DNA of 64,000 nt from Spirochaetota bacterium (GTDB lineage Bacteria > Spirochaetota > UBA4802 > UBA5550). The DNA lies in assembly GCA_963663865.1 (NCBI GenBank), contig OY760686.1, forward strand, positions 2,176,001 to 2,240,000. Direction: 5' to 3'. The notes beneath the pieces were generated by a model. It worked only from the letters and a program-made list of their open reading frames with translations. It was not told where the DNA came from and made no database searches. Positions 30,025-40,319 of this stretch are shown here, one piece after another. Made by a program: the position numbers and the translations under genes. Positions within the stretch are counted from its first letter, which is position 1; each line of letters starts with the position of its first letter.

Positions 30025-30468
30025 ATGTCAGGACCAGGCCTTTCAGCAATTTTCATAGCATCCGTATCGGTTTTGCTTTTTTTCGCAGCCTGCACACGGC
30101 CGGCAGCAGTCAGGACAGAAAAAACCAGCGCCGCTGAAGCAATTGAATCCTATATGGATGAGGGTTTTGTATCAGACGAACTTTTCCGGGTAGTAATCTT
30201 CGCAAGCGACAGTGAATTATCATCGAAAGATTCGAACCTGATGCAGAAATCAAAAACAAGAGCTCTTGCGTATATGAGAAAGTACCTCACCGAATCAGGA
30301 AAAAACTCCTTCGAAAAAATTCAACCAGACATTATAGGAATAATTAACTCACTGGGCAAGACCCGGATCCTGCCTGAAAAGAGCAATGGCGACAGAATAG
30401 TACTTTTCGAGATCAGACAGATCGGCCTAAAGAAAAGAATTGATGGGCTAACTGACAGAAGATACTGA
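30025..30468 (+). CDS. Hypothetical lipoprotein, probable paralog of the upstream gene
   Basis: Lipobox FAAC; EGFVSDELFRVVI motif. Confidence 0.7.
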   Translation: MSGPGLSAIFIASVSVLLFFAACTRPAAVRTEKTSAAEAIESYMDEGFVSDELFRVVIFASDSELSSKDSNLMQKSKTRALAYMRKYLTESGKNSFEKIQPDIIGIINSLGKTRILPEKSNGDRIVLFEIRQIGLKKRIDGLTDRRY

Positions 30469-30470
30469 TA

Positions 30471-31028
30471 CTATTCGCCATAAATGAGGTCAGAAATATT
30501 TTTAAGGATGAAAGTATCAATACAGCGTTTGCCTGTGTCGTAAATACTGCTGAACATTATACCAATTCCATAATTTCCAGGGAGCATATCGCAACGGACT
30601 GCCATAGCCAGAGCTTCAACATCATTGAGCTGCCTGTCGATTCTGCTGAAATCAATTGTCACCTTGATTATTGACGACACATTAAAAGGGACACTGCTTC
30701 TGAAATAAAGCCCTCCCCTGCTGATATTAACTATCCTGCCGGTAATGTTTTCCCCGAGTTCACCGCAATCCTCACCATCGACGAGGGTTTCAATTACTGT
30801 AATTGGAATCTCGACATTTAGCCTGTAGTGGTTTCTCATATCCGAGTCAGAACCCGCACCCGAGGAGAATCGCTCATTAAGCCACCTGTTAAAATAGTCC
30901 TTAAACCAGGCCGCAGTGCTTTCTTCGTAAGTCTGGCTCTCTTTGAGAGAACCCAATTTTTCATGAAGAAGGGATATCTGTTTTTTTATCTCTTGAGACA
31001 GATTCTCATATTTTATTGCATCTTCCAT
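30471..31028 (-). CDS. PilZ-domain protein
   Basis: RNHYR (RxxxR) and NISRGG ([D/N]xSxxG) c-di-GMP motifs, after a helical N-terminal extension. Confidence 0.85.
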   Translation of the reverse strand: MEDAIKYENLSQEIKKQISLLHEKLGSLKESQTYEESTAAWFKDYFNRWLNERFSSGAGSDSDMRNHYRLNVEIPITVIETLVDGEDCGELGENITGRIVNISRGGLYFRSSVPFNVSSIIKVTIDFSRIDRQLNDVEALAMAVRCDMLPGNYGIGIMFSSIYDTGKRCIDTFILKNISDLIYGE

Positions 31029-31303
31029 CCGCTAACCCCCGCGTATTCGGATCGACCAACATTGAACAGAATGGTAAATATCGATATTCGCACACCTGTA
31101 ATCAAATAGCCTGTAAAAAATACAAAATCTGATTCCACATCAATAACATAGCAATTTTTATTTATAAAATGTTAAAAAAATCAAATATTTTCTTATTCTC
31201 ATGATTATTTTTTACAGTTTATTCTCTTCCGATATCCTTTATAAATTAGAGATACAAGCCGACTTTTGTTATAGGGGGGCTTGTTAATCTCTTAAATAAT
31301 TTA

Positions 31304-31332
31304 TTGTTGCATGTTTCAAATAGTGGTATAAT
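31304..31332 (+). promoter_or_regulatory. Putative sigma70 promoter for the amidase-radical SAM-mnmA run
   Basis: TTGTTG-17 nt-TATAAT with an extended -10 TG. Confidence 0.55.
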
Positions 31333-31436
31333 CGGGTGATTAACCCTCTTATATTTCACTTTGAGGCAGAGGTATTTTTTGGTCACCAAAAACTGTCTTC
31401 ATGATAATGACTAATTCGACAGGATTATTGATATAT

Positions 31437-33173
31437 ATGAAATTTCATTTATTAGCCTTTCTTTTATCCGTTATTACTCTAATACTTTCATCAGAGCAGC
31501 ACGCCTTTTCGAGGACACCCGGTGAAACACTGAGAAATCAAAGTAAAACCATCATCTCCATCATGAAAAAAGAGAAGAAAATGGAGTATGCCCGGAAAAT
31601 AACAGGCCTGATTGAAAGCATTGACGCCATATACGGCAATGCCTATGCCAGGCTGCAGAAAGGAGAAAAACTTGTAGTCTTTTTAGATCCTGCCCACGGG
31701 AAAATGTCCAACGGCGAATGGCAGGGAGGGCTTGCAAGCCTCAGACAAAGCTGCAGGGAGCTTCCTGAAGAGTATTATTCTATTCCACTATCAAGAAAGC
31801 TTTACCGGATACTCAGCGCCAACCCTTTCATAGAAGTAAAATCAACAGACGATTACATGGAGCTTCTGGAAGGCAATTCCGATGAATACAGGAATATCCC
31901 TTTCTCAACGACTGTTGAGCTGGCTAACAAAGCCGGAGCCTTCATTATTCTGTCACAGCATCTCAACAACGTTTCAATGATACACAAGGCGGGCGGCACA
32001 AGCAATATCCCCGGAATCCACGTCGTTAAATCAAGATGGGGAAAAACCATGCTCAGCTATGTACGTGATGTGTATACCGGCTTTCTCACTCTTTACAACA
32101 AACTCGACGCGAGCGGATTCTCCAGACAGTATGCTGTCAATCTCCGATCCCTTCATATCGAAGACAACATGAAAGCCAACAACTGGCAGCGTGGCGCGGT
32201 CGCCGATGACAGGTTCTCATACTTCGCCGAATTCCCCGTTTCGATTATATATGAATCAGGTTTCATTTCACATCCTGGTGAAGAAGAAAAACTCAGAGAC
32301 AGCATCCACCAGGACACTATTGTGCAAAACCAGTATCTGGCGCTTCTGAAAACAGTTAAAGAGGTCTTCGGCATTGACATAAGCGGTGCTGAAGCGCTGC
32401 TGGTGAATAATAGCGGACCTTCTTCCACAGAGCTGCTTAAACTGTCACGCATTGCCCTTTACTACATCAAGAATGGCGAAAGCGAAAGGGCGTTCTCTGT
32501 CATCAACAAGATGAGCCATATTTACGGGAAAAGCCGGTTCAGCAAAGACATTTCATATTACAAGCAGATTAAAACCACCATCCAGAGAGCAGACAGAGAG
32601 TACTCAACAGCGCTGAAATACACAAAGAAAAAGTGGCACAAAACCGCTGCCAGGCATTACAGAAAGGCTTTGAATATTGTCGGGAATGCGCCTGTTTATT
32701 CGTTTTACAGAGACAAATTCAAATCAAGTCTCAGCCCGGTTCGCAAAACAGCCGCCCGGCAAAGAGAAACCGTAACAGAAAAGCAAAGCCGCTCGACTCC
32801 CCTTATTGCGCAAAAGGCGTCCCTTAACCGCAAAATTATTCTTGCCGTCGGAACCGGAATGTCACTTGAGAAAGCACTAACAAACGCACTCGCTCCAGAC
32901 GCTGAAACACTGAAAAAGCTCCTGAAATCATTTCAAAATGCAAAAAAAGTGTCCTGGGTCAAAAAGAAGGCAAAAAAGAAAACCAGTTGGGTAAAGGTCG
33001 TTCGGAATATAAACTTCAAGGAAGGAATATACATCGTTAGTCTTGACAAAAAGCTCAACATTGTCAAGGCTGACCGTGTTAACAGCGTCAGTCTTGATGC
33101 AGACAAATACCAGAATCAACAATATCTAAAGAATTCATATTTTGCGCGAAGAGAAAAACAAAGAGCACTTTAA
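31437..33173 (+). CDS. Exported N-acetylmuramoyl-L-alanine amidase (Amidase_3-like) with basic C-terminal extension
   Basis: Signal peptide; VFLDPAHG, PEE, SQHLN and IYESGFISH match the zinc-amidase H/E/H/E layout. Confidence 0.72.
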   Translation: MKFHLLAFLLSVITLILSSEQHAFSRTPGETLRNQSKTIISIMKKEKKMEYARKITGLIESIDAIYGNAYARLQKGEKLVVFLDPAHGKMSNGEWQGGLASLRQSCRELPEEYYSIPLSRKLYRILSANPFIEVKSTDDYMELLEGNSDEYRNIPFSTTVELANKAGAFIILSQHLNNVSMIHKAGGTSNIPGIHVVKSRWGKTMLSYVRDVYTGFLTLYNKLDASGFSRQYAVNLRSLHIEDNMKANNWQRGAVADDRFSYFAEFPVSIIYESGFISHPGEEEKLRDSIHQDTIVQNQYLALLKTVKEVFGIDISGAEALLVNNSGPSSTELLKLSRIALYYIKNGESERAFSVINKMSHIYGKSRFSKDISYYKQIKTTIQRADREYSTALKYTKKKWHKTAARHYRKALNIVGNAPVYSFYRDKFKSSLSPVRKTAARQRETVTEKQSRSTPLIAQKASLNRKIILAVGTGMSLEKALTNALAPDAETLKKLLKSFQNAKKVSWVKKKAKKKTSWVKVVRNINFKEGIYIVSLDKKLNIVKADRVNSVSLDADKYQNQQYLKNSYFARREKQRAL

Positions 33174-34110
33174 GCCGTCCTCATGGAAAGGGCTTCCATA
33201 CAATCACTTCGGCGATTATCTGAAGGATAAGTACCATACGCGGATTTTGAAAGTGCCGATAAACGCGGGGCTTATCTGCCCCAACAGAGACGGCACAATC
33301 TCGGACAGGGGATGCATATTCTGCAGCGAAGACGGTTCGGCATCGTCAACCGCGGACAATTCGTTATCCATTGAAGAGCAGATGGACAGAGCGGTCTCAG
33401 GGTTCTCCCGAAAAGACGACGAAACGAGATACATCGCGTATTTCCAGGCCTTTACCAACACATACGCTCCTGTAAATTCCCTCAGAAAACTTTACGACAG
33501 AGCTTTATCCACGGAAAAAATAATCGGCCTGATGATCGGAACACGCCCTGACTGCCTTCCCGACGATGTGATTGAACTGATTTCTTCTTACAGCAAGCCG
33601 GGTTTTGAGCTCTGGGTTGAACTCGGCATGCAGAGCTCCTGCGACAAAAGCTTGAGGTATCTGAACAGGGGCCACAGCCACCCGGACACGGCTGACTCGG
33701 TCGTCAGGCTCGCAGCAAAAGGGATTCCTGTGTGCGCCCACATAATACTCGGAATTCCAGGAGAATCCTGGAACGATATGATGGAAACAGCTGAAGAGGT
33801 ATCAAGGCTTCCCATCAGCGGCGTAAAAATTCACCAGCTCCACATAATCAGCGGTACGCCTCTTGCTGAAATGAACGCCATTGATCCGGTTAAGCTGATG
33901 TCAATGCGTGAGTATGTTTCCACAATATGCGATTTTATTGAAAGGCTGAGGCCCGACATCCTTATTCACCGGCTCACTGGCGACAGAGATGCAGCCTCCC
34001 TGATCGGCCCTGATTGGGGCCTGAACAAAGGTACCATACAGCAGGCAATACTCGAAGAATTCAGCAAGCGACAGACATTTCAGGGTTTTCTCAGACAGGA
34101 TAAATATTAA
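33142..34110 (+). CDS. TIGR01212 (YhcC/YtqA-like) radical SAM protein
   Basis: CPNRDG...GCIFC, YFQAFTNTY, GTRPDC, ELGMQS, KIHQLH and HRLTGD motifs. Confidence 0.92.
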   Translation: MREEKNKEHFKPSSWKGLPYNHFGDYLKDKYHTRILKVPINAGLICPNRDGTISDRGCIFCSEDGSASSTADNSLSIEEQMDRAVSGFSRKDDETRYIAYFQAFTNTYAPVNSLRKLYDRALSTEKIIGLMIGTRPDCLPDDVIELISSYSKPGFELWVELGMQSSCDKSLRYLNRGHSHPDTADSVVRLAAKGIPVCAHIILGIPGESWNDMMETAEEVSRLPISGVKIHQLHIISGTPLAEMNAIDPVKLMSMREYVSTICDFIERLRPDILIHRLTGDRDAASLIGPDWGLNKGTIQQAILEEFSKRQTFQGFLRQDKY

Positions 34111-34120
34111 GAAGGTCAAT

Positions 34121-35197
34121 ATGAAAATAGCAGTTGCAATGAGCGGAGGGATTGACTCCTCCATCGCCGCCATAATGCTCAAAGAACAGGGCCATGAGGT
34201 AATCGGCATTACTGGAAATTTCAACACAGGCTTTCCAGAAGGCAAAATTTCCGGTTTGAATTCGGCAGAGGCGTCGCGAAAGTCGGCTCTGATTGCGGAT
34301 ATGTTTTCTTTCAAGCATTACACCTTTGATATTGAAGATGACTTCTTTAAGACCATTGTCTCCCCTTTTTGTACAGATTACCTGAACGGACGGACTCCTA
34401 ACCCCTGCATATTCTGCAACCCGCTGATCAAGTTCAAATCCCTTCTCGCTGCCGCAAACAGCTATGGCTGCGAAAAGCTGGCAACAGGACACTACTCGTT
34501 TATCAGGCTTGATGAAACCTCAGGAAGGTATTACATCTCAAGAGGCGTCGACCCTGCCAAGGACCAGTCTTACTTCCTTTACAGGCTTGAACAGGACACG
34601 TTACGGAATATTACCTTCCCGCTGGGAGGTTACCTAAAATCAGAGGTTAAGGCAAAAGCGATGAAACTCATGCTCCCTTCAGCTGAAGACGAAGAGAGCC
34701 AGGAAATTTGCTTTGTACCAGAAGACGCATATCCTGCCTTTATTGAGAACATGAGCGGGAATACCCCTGAACCGGGCAATATCGTTGACACATCAGGCAA
34801 GGTGCTGGGGACACACAGAGGCATACACCATTACACCATCGGACAGCGCAGGGGCCTTGGAATAGCCGCCCCCCGCCCCCTTTACGTCAAATCAATAAAT
34901 GTTGCAGACAATACAATTACCGCAGGATACATTGAGGAGATTATGCGCCAGAGGCTGACGGCTTCTGACATAGTACACATGAAAACTGAGAACCTCACTC
35001 ATTCAGGCGTTTATGTCAAAACAAGATCTGTGCAGAAACCCGTTGCTGCCGACACAATTGAAGCAGACGGAGTTCTGAAAGTAACGTTGAAAGAAGGCAT
35101 GGCAGGCATAACACCCGGACAGTCATGCGTCATCTACGACGCAGAAGGCTGTGTTCTTGGCGGAGGCATCATCTCTGATCAGGAACACTTTGAATAG
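34121..35197 (+). CDS. mnmA: tRNA-specific 2-thiouridylase
   Basis: MSGGIDSS PP-loop, TPNPCIFCN, ATGHY, KDQSYFL, SQEICF, YTIGQRRGL and TPGQ motifs. Confidence 0.97.
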   Translation: MKIAVAMSGGIDSSIAAIMLKEQGHEVIGITGNFNTGFPEGKISGLNSAEASRKSALIADMFSFKHYTFDIEDDFFKTIVSPFCTDYLNGRTPNPCIFCNPLIKFKSLLAAANSYGCEKLATGHYSFIRLDETSGRYYISRGVDPAKDQSYFLYRLEQDTLRNITFPLGGYLKSEVKAKAMKLMLPSAEDEESQEICFVPEDAYPAFIENMSGNTPEPGNIVDTSGKVLGTHRGIHHYTIGQRRGLGIAAPRPLYVKSINVADNTITAGYIEEIMRQRLTASDIVHMKTENLTHSGVYVKTRSVQKPVAADTIEADGVLKVTLKEGMAGITPGQSCVIYDAEGCVLGGGIISDQEHFE

Positions 35198-37089
35198 ACA
35201 ACAACCCTGTTTCTTCCGGAACCCTTGGCCTCATAGAGCGCCCTGTCGGCACAGCCGAGAGCACTTTCTACTGAGGAACCGGCTTCCTCATTAAGGTAAA
35301 CCTCCGCTGCTCCGATACTCACCGTAACAGAGAAAGCCTCACCGCGGTCATTTTTGAAAGTCAAGTGTTCAACTGCAGACCTTATTCTCTCTGCGGCAGG
35401 TTCAAGCTCACTCGATGAAATGTTGATCATAGTAACCGCAAACTCTTCTCCGCCAAGTCTACCGAAGAAATCATTGCTCCTGAGCAGAGAACCAATACCC
35501 GCAGCAAGCTCCTTAATGACCATGTCTCCCGTATGATGGCCGTAATTGTCATTTATGCCTTTGAAGCGGTCAATATCAATCATCATCACCGAAACGGAAC
35601 CCCCATATCTCTTAGCCCTTTCAACCTCAACTTCTGACATCTGAAGATAGGCCCTTCTGTTAAGGATACCTGTCAGAGGATCGGTTCTTGCCAACTGCTC
35701 AAGTTCTTTCTCGATCATCTTCTTTCGGCTAATATCATTCAACGAAATCAGGAGGCAGTCATCCTGCCTGTACTCCATGTATATTACAGAAATCAATGCC
35801 CAGAAAGAAGTACCATCCTGCTTTTTTAACTTTATTTCCTGATTGTCGACTTTTCCCTTTGATCTGATCTGGTCAATAATCAACGCTGTTTCATTCGCAT
35901 CCTGAACATAGTCATCCACATTGATGCTGCCAGGAGCAGCATCTTCCCTCAGGCCGAAAAGTTTGACAGAACTCGCATTAAGATAGACAATCTTTCTGGT
36001 TTTTCTGGCAAGAATCACAAGAGGGAACATCGACGAATCCAGAATTGATTTAAGCTGGTCCTCGCTTTCCCTGAGAGCCAGATCATTTGCCACTACAGCG
36101 GTTTCATCTCTCATGATGGCTTCAACCGAGAAGTTTCCATCAGCATCGTAGACAATTCTTCCATTCAGAGAAACGTAGATTATAAAGCTGTCCCCGTGCC
36201 TGAGCTTAACAATGCTCTTCTCGGCGAATCCGTACTTTCTCAGTACATCCACAAACGACTCAACCTCGGCCCTTTCCGGAAACAGCTTAAACACCGAACC
36301 GCCCGCAAGCTGATCTCTGGAATAGCCGGCGACTCTTTCAATGGAGGGTGTCAGGTATTGAATGACATAATCGCTGTCAAATTTTATGAAAACATCGTAG
36401 AGGTTTTCAAGAATAGTCCGCTTTTCCTCCTCTCTGTCCGCGAGGAGCTTCATAGCCTCAGTCAACGCCTTTTCCGCTGAAGACCTCCCCTCAACAGCAA
36501 AGTCAAGTTCTGAGGAAAGAGCGGATATTCTCCTTGTCTGTTCAAGAGTCCTGTAGTTAAGGATACTCCTGGCCTCGCTGAGAAGCCTGTTTACGGTTTT
36601 CTGTATTGAGATATCGCGAACCATGATAACCGTAAACCTTTCCCTTGCTATCTCAATAACATTTAATGATATTTCGCAGTCAAACTCACCGCCGTCAAAC
36701 TGCAATCCCCTGAGTTCAAAAACAGCCCTGGTGTGCATTCCACTGTTTCCGCTGAAAATCTCCGCAAGAGAAAATAGCCCGCTTTCAGAATCATTATAAA
36801 CTGAAAAAAGCGATTCAATGCTGATTCCTTCTAAATGCCTGTGCTTGCACATAAACAGCTCTGAAAACTTCAGATTGAAGTCATATATCCTGCCTTCTTT
36901 AACAATCACGATCGCGTAGCTGGCAAGCTCAAAGAGAGTATTATACCAAATCCCGCCATCGGTAATGTATGAGCTTTCTTGGTACACTTTCCTGCGGTTT
37001 TTCCCTCCAGCCCTCTTCCCGACAAAGTAGGCTGCCGGCACAGTAACGCTTACCAAGATCAAAAAGACAATCACACAGTATAGAATCAT
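35179..37089 (-). CDS. Membrane-anchored PAS-domain diguanylate cyclase
   Basis: N-terminal TM helix, about 3 PAS-like domains, DPLTGILNRR, DIDRFK, RSND I-site and GGEEF. Confidence 0.94.
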   Translation of the reverse strand: MILYCVIVFLILVSVTVPAAYFVGKRAGGKNRRKVYQESSYITDGGIWYNTLFELASYAIVIVKEGRIYDFNLKFSELFMCKHRHLEGISIESLFSVYNDSESGLFSLAEIFSGNSGMHTRAVFELRGLQFDGGEFDCEISLNVIEIARERFTVIMVRDISIQKTVNRLLSEARSILNYRTLEQTRRISALSSELDFAVEGRSSAEKALTEAMKLLADREEEKRTILENLYDVFIKFDSDYVIQYLTPSIERVAGYSRDQLAGGSVFKLFPERAEVESFVDVLRKYGFAEKSIVKLRHGDSFIIYVSLNGRIVYDADGNFSVEAIMRDETAVVANDLALRESEDQLKSILDSSMFPLVILARKTRKIVYLNASSVKLFGLREDAAPGSINVDDYVQDANETALIIDQIRSKGKVDNQEIKLKKQDGTSFWALISVIYMEYRQDDCLLISLNDISRKKMIEKELEQLARTDPLTGILNRRAYLQMSEVEVERAKRYGGSVSVMMIDIDRFKGINDNYGHHTGDMVIKELAAGIGSLLRSNDFFGRLGGEEFAVTMINISSSELEPAAERIRSAVEHLTFKNDRGEAFSVTVSIGAAEVYLNEEAGSSVESALGCADRALYEAKGSGRNRVVVYSKCS

Positions 37090-37163
37090 ATTAATCCCGC
37101 CTGTTAGTTGGTATAATGTAAGTCAGACTGCCCCGTGAAACAGATCTGGAGTCAGCCGCGGAT

Positions 37164-38117
37164 CTATTCATCTGCTGATTTGCGGGCACGTGCATGAGGA
37201 TGAGCACGCTCGTAGACCTCTTTCAGCCTCTCCCTCGTTGTATGAGTGTACTTCTGCGTTGATGACAAACTCCTGTGACCCAGCATCTCCTGTACGGCCC
37301 TCAGATCGGCTCCCCGGTTTAACAGCTCAGTCGCGAAACTGTGTCTGAATGTGTGTGGAGAGACCCGGCCCCCGAGTCCCGCTTTTGCCGATCTGATTTT
37401 AACTACCTTAAATGCGCCGCGCTCTGAGAGCCTGCTCCCGGCACAGTTCACAAAAAGCGGATCAGTCAGAACCCCGAACTTTTTCAAACGCTCATTAAAA
37501 TATTGACTGAGGGCAGTCATTGCATCATCCGTAATGAAGACATACCTTTCAGCCCTTCCCTTACCGTAAACCTTCATCCTTCGGGATTCCCGGTTCACAG
37601 ACGAGATGTCAGCCCCCAGAACCTCGCTTATCCTGCACCCGGTCGAATACAGCAGGCTCATTAGCGCTCTGTCTCTGAAATCAGAAAAGCTAACCGGGGT
37701 AAAATCGAGAATCTTATCAATCTCACTGTCAAAAAGAAACACTGGAAGTCTGCGGTTTTTTCTCGGATAAATCAGATTGGCTGCGGGGTTGGCGGGGATA
37801 TAATCCCGATTGTAGAGAAATTTAAAGAAAGTCTTGATAGAAGCCGTTTTGCGTTCAATCGTTGATTTGCTGAAACCTGAATCATAGCAGAACTCAATAT
37901 AGCTGACAATGTCCTCTTTGTTTATTGCAGAGATATCGACTCCATCAGGGGTCACAGCGCTGCTGACCTCATAGGCAGCCCCCTCTCCCTGCCTTGCTGT
38001 CTCAGTCAGAAAACCGTACAGCAATGACAGATCCGAATAGTATGACTCAGCTGTGTTTTCGGCAAGGTTCTTCTCGTATCGGAGATAGGACATATAGCAG
38101 TCTATGGCGTCAAGCAA
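37164..38117 (-). CDS. xerC: Tyrosine recombinase XerC/XerD
   Basis: GCRISE, GKG, HTFRHSFAT, LGH and TQKY catalytic residues; located downstream of topA. Start uncertain (TTG 38117 behind GAGGGGAG chosen). Confidence 0.85.
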   Translation of the reverse strand: MLDAIDCYMSYLRYEKNLAENTAESYYSDLSLLYGFLTETARQGEGAAYEVSSAVTPDGVDISAINKEDIVSYIEFCYDSGFSKSTIERKTASIKTFFKFLYNRDYIPANPAANLIYPRKNRRLPVFLFDSEIDKILDFTPVSFSDFRDRALMSLLYSTGCRISEVLGADISSVNRESRRMKVYGKGRAERYVFITDDAMTALSQYFNERLKKFGVLTDPLFVNCAGSRLSERGAFKVVKIRSAKAGLGGRVSPHTFRHSFATELLNRGADLRAVQEMLGHRSLSSTQKYTHTTRERLKEVYERAHPHARARKSADE

Positions 38118-38130
38118 GTCCGCACTCCCC

Positions 38131-40221
38131 TCAGGATTTCCCCGGATCATCATCAAGGAGTTCAACCCTGTAGTCACACTGGCTGTTATAGCACACAAGC
38201 TCGTACCCCTTGCCCTTAATTTTCCTCGAGAACAGTATTTTGCCGCATTTCGGGCAGCTGTGTTCAACCGGTGCGTCTCTGGTAAGGAATTCGCATTCCG
38301 GATAATTGGTGCAGGAATAAAAAGTGCCCCGGCCTTTCTTTGATGAGCGCTTGACGATATCGCCCTCGCATTGCGGGCATTTACCCAGAGGATAGGGCTT
38401 GGCGTTTCTGCACTCGGGAAATCCTGAGCAGGCGAGAAAATAGCCGTATTTACCCAGCTTTTTTTTCATCATACTCCCGCATTTTTCGCAGACGAGATCA
38501 GTATCCTCATCGAGAATTCCTTTCATCTCCTCTATGTTGTTTTCGGCCTCCTGGACGGTTTTAATAAAGGGGGGATAGAACTTTTCGAGCATCTCAACCC
38601 AGTCCGATTCCGACTCTTCAATAAGGTCAAGCTGCTCCTCCATCTCCGCCGTAAAATCAACCGTAATGAAGGATGAGAAGTGTTCCATCATAATCCGGTT
38701 TACAAGCTTTCCGAGAACTGTCGGGACAAGCTGCCTGCCCGTCCTCGTAACATAGTATCTTGAAATAATTGTGTTGATCGTAGGGGCGTAAGTTGAAGGC
38801 CTTCCCACACCTGATTCTTCCAGGAACTTAATAAGAGAGGCATCGTTAAATCTGGGAGGAGGTGAAGTAAAATGCTGTTCTGGTGTAAATTTCTCAATCA
38901 GAACATTGTCTCCCTCGCTGAGTACGGGAAGTTTGCTTTTTTCCTGCTTTGCAGGCTTCTCAACAGCTCCGAAGCCCGGGAATACGACCCTGCTTCCCGA
39001 AGCCCTGAACTGGCAATTCCCCGCGTCAACAGAAACCGTCGTGACCTCCGAGACTTCAGGTGTCATCTGAGAGCTGACAAAACGGTTCCAGATCATCTCA
39101 TACAGCCTGAACTGGTCCCGTGAAAGGTCTTTCTTTACTGCAACCGGGGTCCTGTGCACGTCTGACGGCCTTATTGCCTCGTGGGCATCCTGCGAGCCCT
39201 TCTTGTTTCGATAGGTGTTCGGCTTATCAGGAAGATATTCCCCGTCAAAGTTGGAGGAAATATACTCACGCAAAGACTTCATTGCCACGTCGGAAACCCT
39301 TGTTGAATCGGTCCTCATATAGGTTATGAGACCCACAAGCCCTTCCCCGGCAATATCAACACCCTGATAAAGCTGCTGGGCAACCATCATGGTCTTCTGT
39401 GAGGTAAAACCGAGCCTGTTGGCTCCGTCCTGCTGAAGCTTGCTTGTAATGTATGGAGGCTGCGGATTTCTTTTTCTGTCCTTGACCCTGACTTCAGAAA
39501 CAACTGCCTTTTCGCCCCTGATTGACTCAACCAGAGCTTCAGTCTCTTCACCGTTTTTCAGTTCGGCTTTTTTTCCGTCAATCGAATACAGAGAGGCAGT
39601 GAACTTTTTGCCTTCTGAGCTGCATTCCGCGTCAAGAGTCCAGTACTCCTCCGGCATAAAGCCTTCAATCTGCTCCTCGCGGTCGCAGATGACCTTAAGC
39701 GCTACGGACTGAACCCTTCCTGCAGATAGACCGCGTTTTACCTTTTTCCAGAGTACAGGGCTTATTTTGTAACCGACAATTCTGTCGAGAATTCTTCTCG
39801 CCTGCTGAGCGTTGACCATGGCTGTGTTGATATCACGCGGGTGTGCGACAGCTTCCTTGACCGCGTTTTCAGTGATCTCATTAAATTCTATTCTCTTTAT
39901 GTTCGGATTTTTTACGGAAAGGGCATTGTAAAGGTGAAAGGATATAGCCTCTCCTTCGCGGTCAGGGTCAGTCGCCAAAAGAACCCTCTCCACTGACCCG
40001 GCAAGCTTTTTCAGCTCATTGAGAATCTTTGCCTTGCCTCTTATGGTAATATACTCAGGCTTAAATCCGTTATCCACGTCAATTGCAAGCCTGGACTTAG
40101 GAAGATCAATAATATGACCTACGGAAGAGGAGATCACATAGCTCTTGCCCAGATACTTATTAATGGTTTTTGCTTTTGACGGTGACTCTACAATAACGAG
40201 CGTTTCCGGTTTTTTCGACAT
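38131..40221 (-). CDS. topA: DNA topoisomerase I
   Basis: LVIVESPSKAKTI TOPRIM, ATDPDREGE, SAGRVQS, ITYMRTDS and C-terminal zinc ribbons. Confidence 0.98.
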   Translation of the reverse strand: MSKKPETLVIVESPSKAKTINKYLGKSYVISSSVGHIIDLPKSRLAIDVDNGFKPEYITIRGKAKILNELKKLAGSVERVLLATDPDREGEAISFHLYNALSVKNPNIKRIEFNEITENAVKEAVAHPRDINTAMVNAQQARRILDRIVGYKISPVLWKKVKRGLSAGRVQSVALKVICDREEQIEGFMPEEYWTLDAECSSEGKKFTASLYSIDGKKAELKNGEETEALVESIRGEKAVVSEVRVKDRKRNPQPPYITSKLQQDGANRLGFTSQKTMMVAQQLYQGVDIAGEGLVGLITYMRTDSTRVSDVAMKSLREYISSNFDGEYLPDKPNTYRNKKGSQDAHEAIRPSDVHRTPVAVKKDLSRDQFRLYEMIWNRFVSSQMTPEVSEVTTVSVDAGNCQFRASGSRVVFPGFGAVEKPAKQEKSKLPVLSEGDNVLIEKFTPEQHFTSPPPRFNDASLIKFLEESGVGRPSTYAPTINTIISRYYVTRTGRQLVPTVLGKLVNRIMMEHFSSFITVDFTAEMEEQLDLIEESESDWVEMLEKFYPPFIKTVQEAENNIEEMKGILDEDTDLVCEKCGSMMKKKLGKYGYFLACSGFPECRNAKPYPLGKCPQCEGDIVKRSSKKGRGTFYSCTNYPECEFLTRDAPVEHSCPKCGKILFSRKIKGKGYELVCYNSQCDYRVELLDDDPGKS

Positions 40222-40319
40222 TTTCAACCTTCATCAAGAATTTCAGACCGCTCAGGAAGGCAGCCCGGCCAACGGAATATCCATTTTGGATCCGATAACG
40301 GCAATCTGTTACTAAAAAC

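Noticed and set aside
37164-38117. Tyrosine recombinase as a phage or integron integrase
   Set aside because: It sits in dprA-topA-xer synteny, has no IntI-specific insertion and no att sites, so it is a housekeeping Xer.
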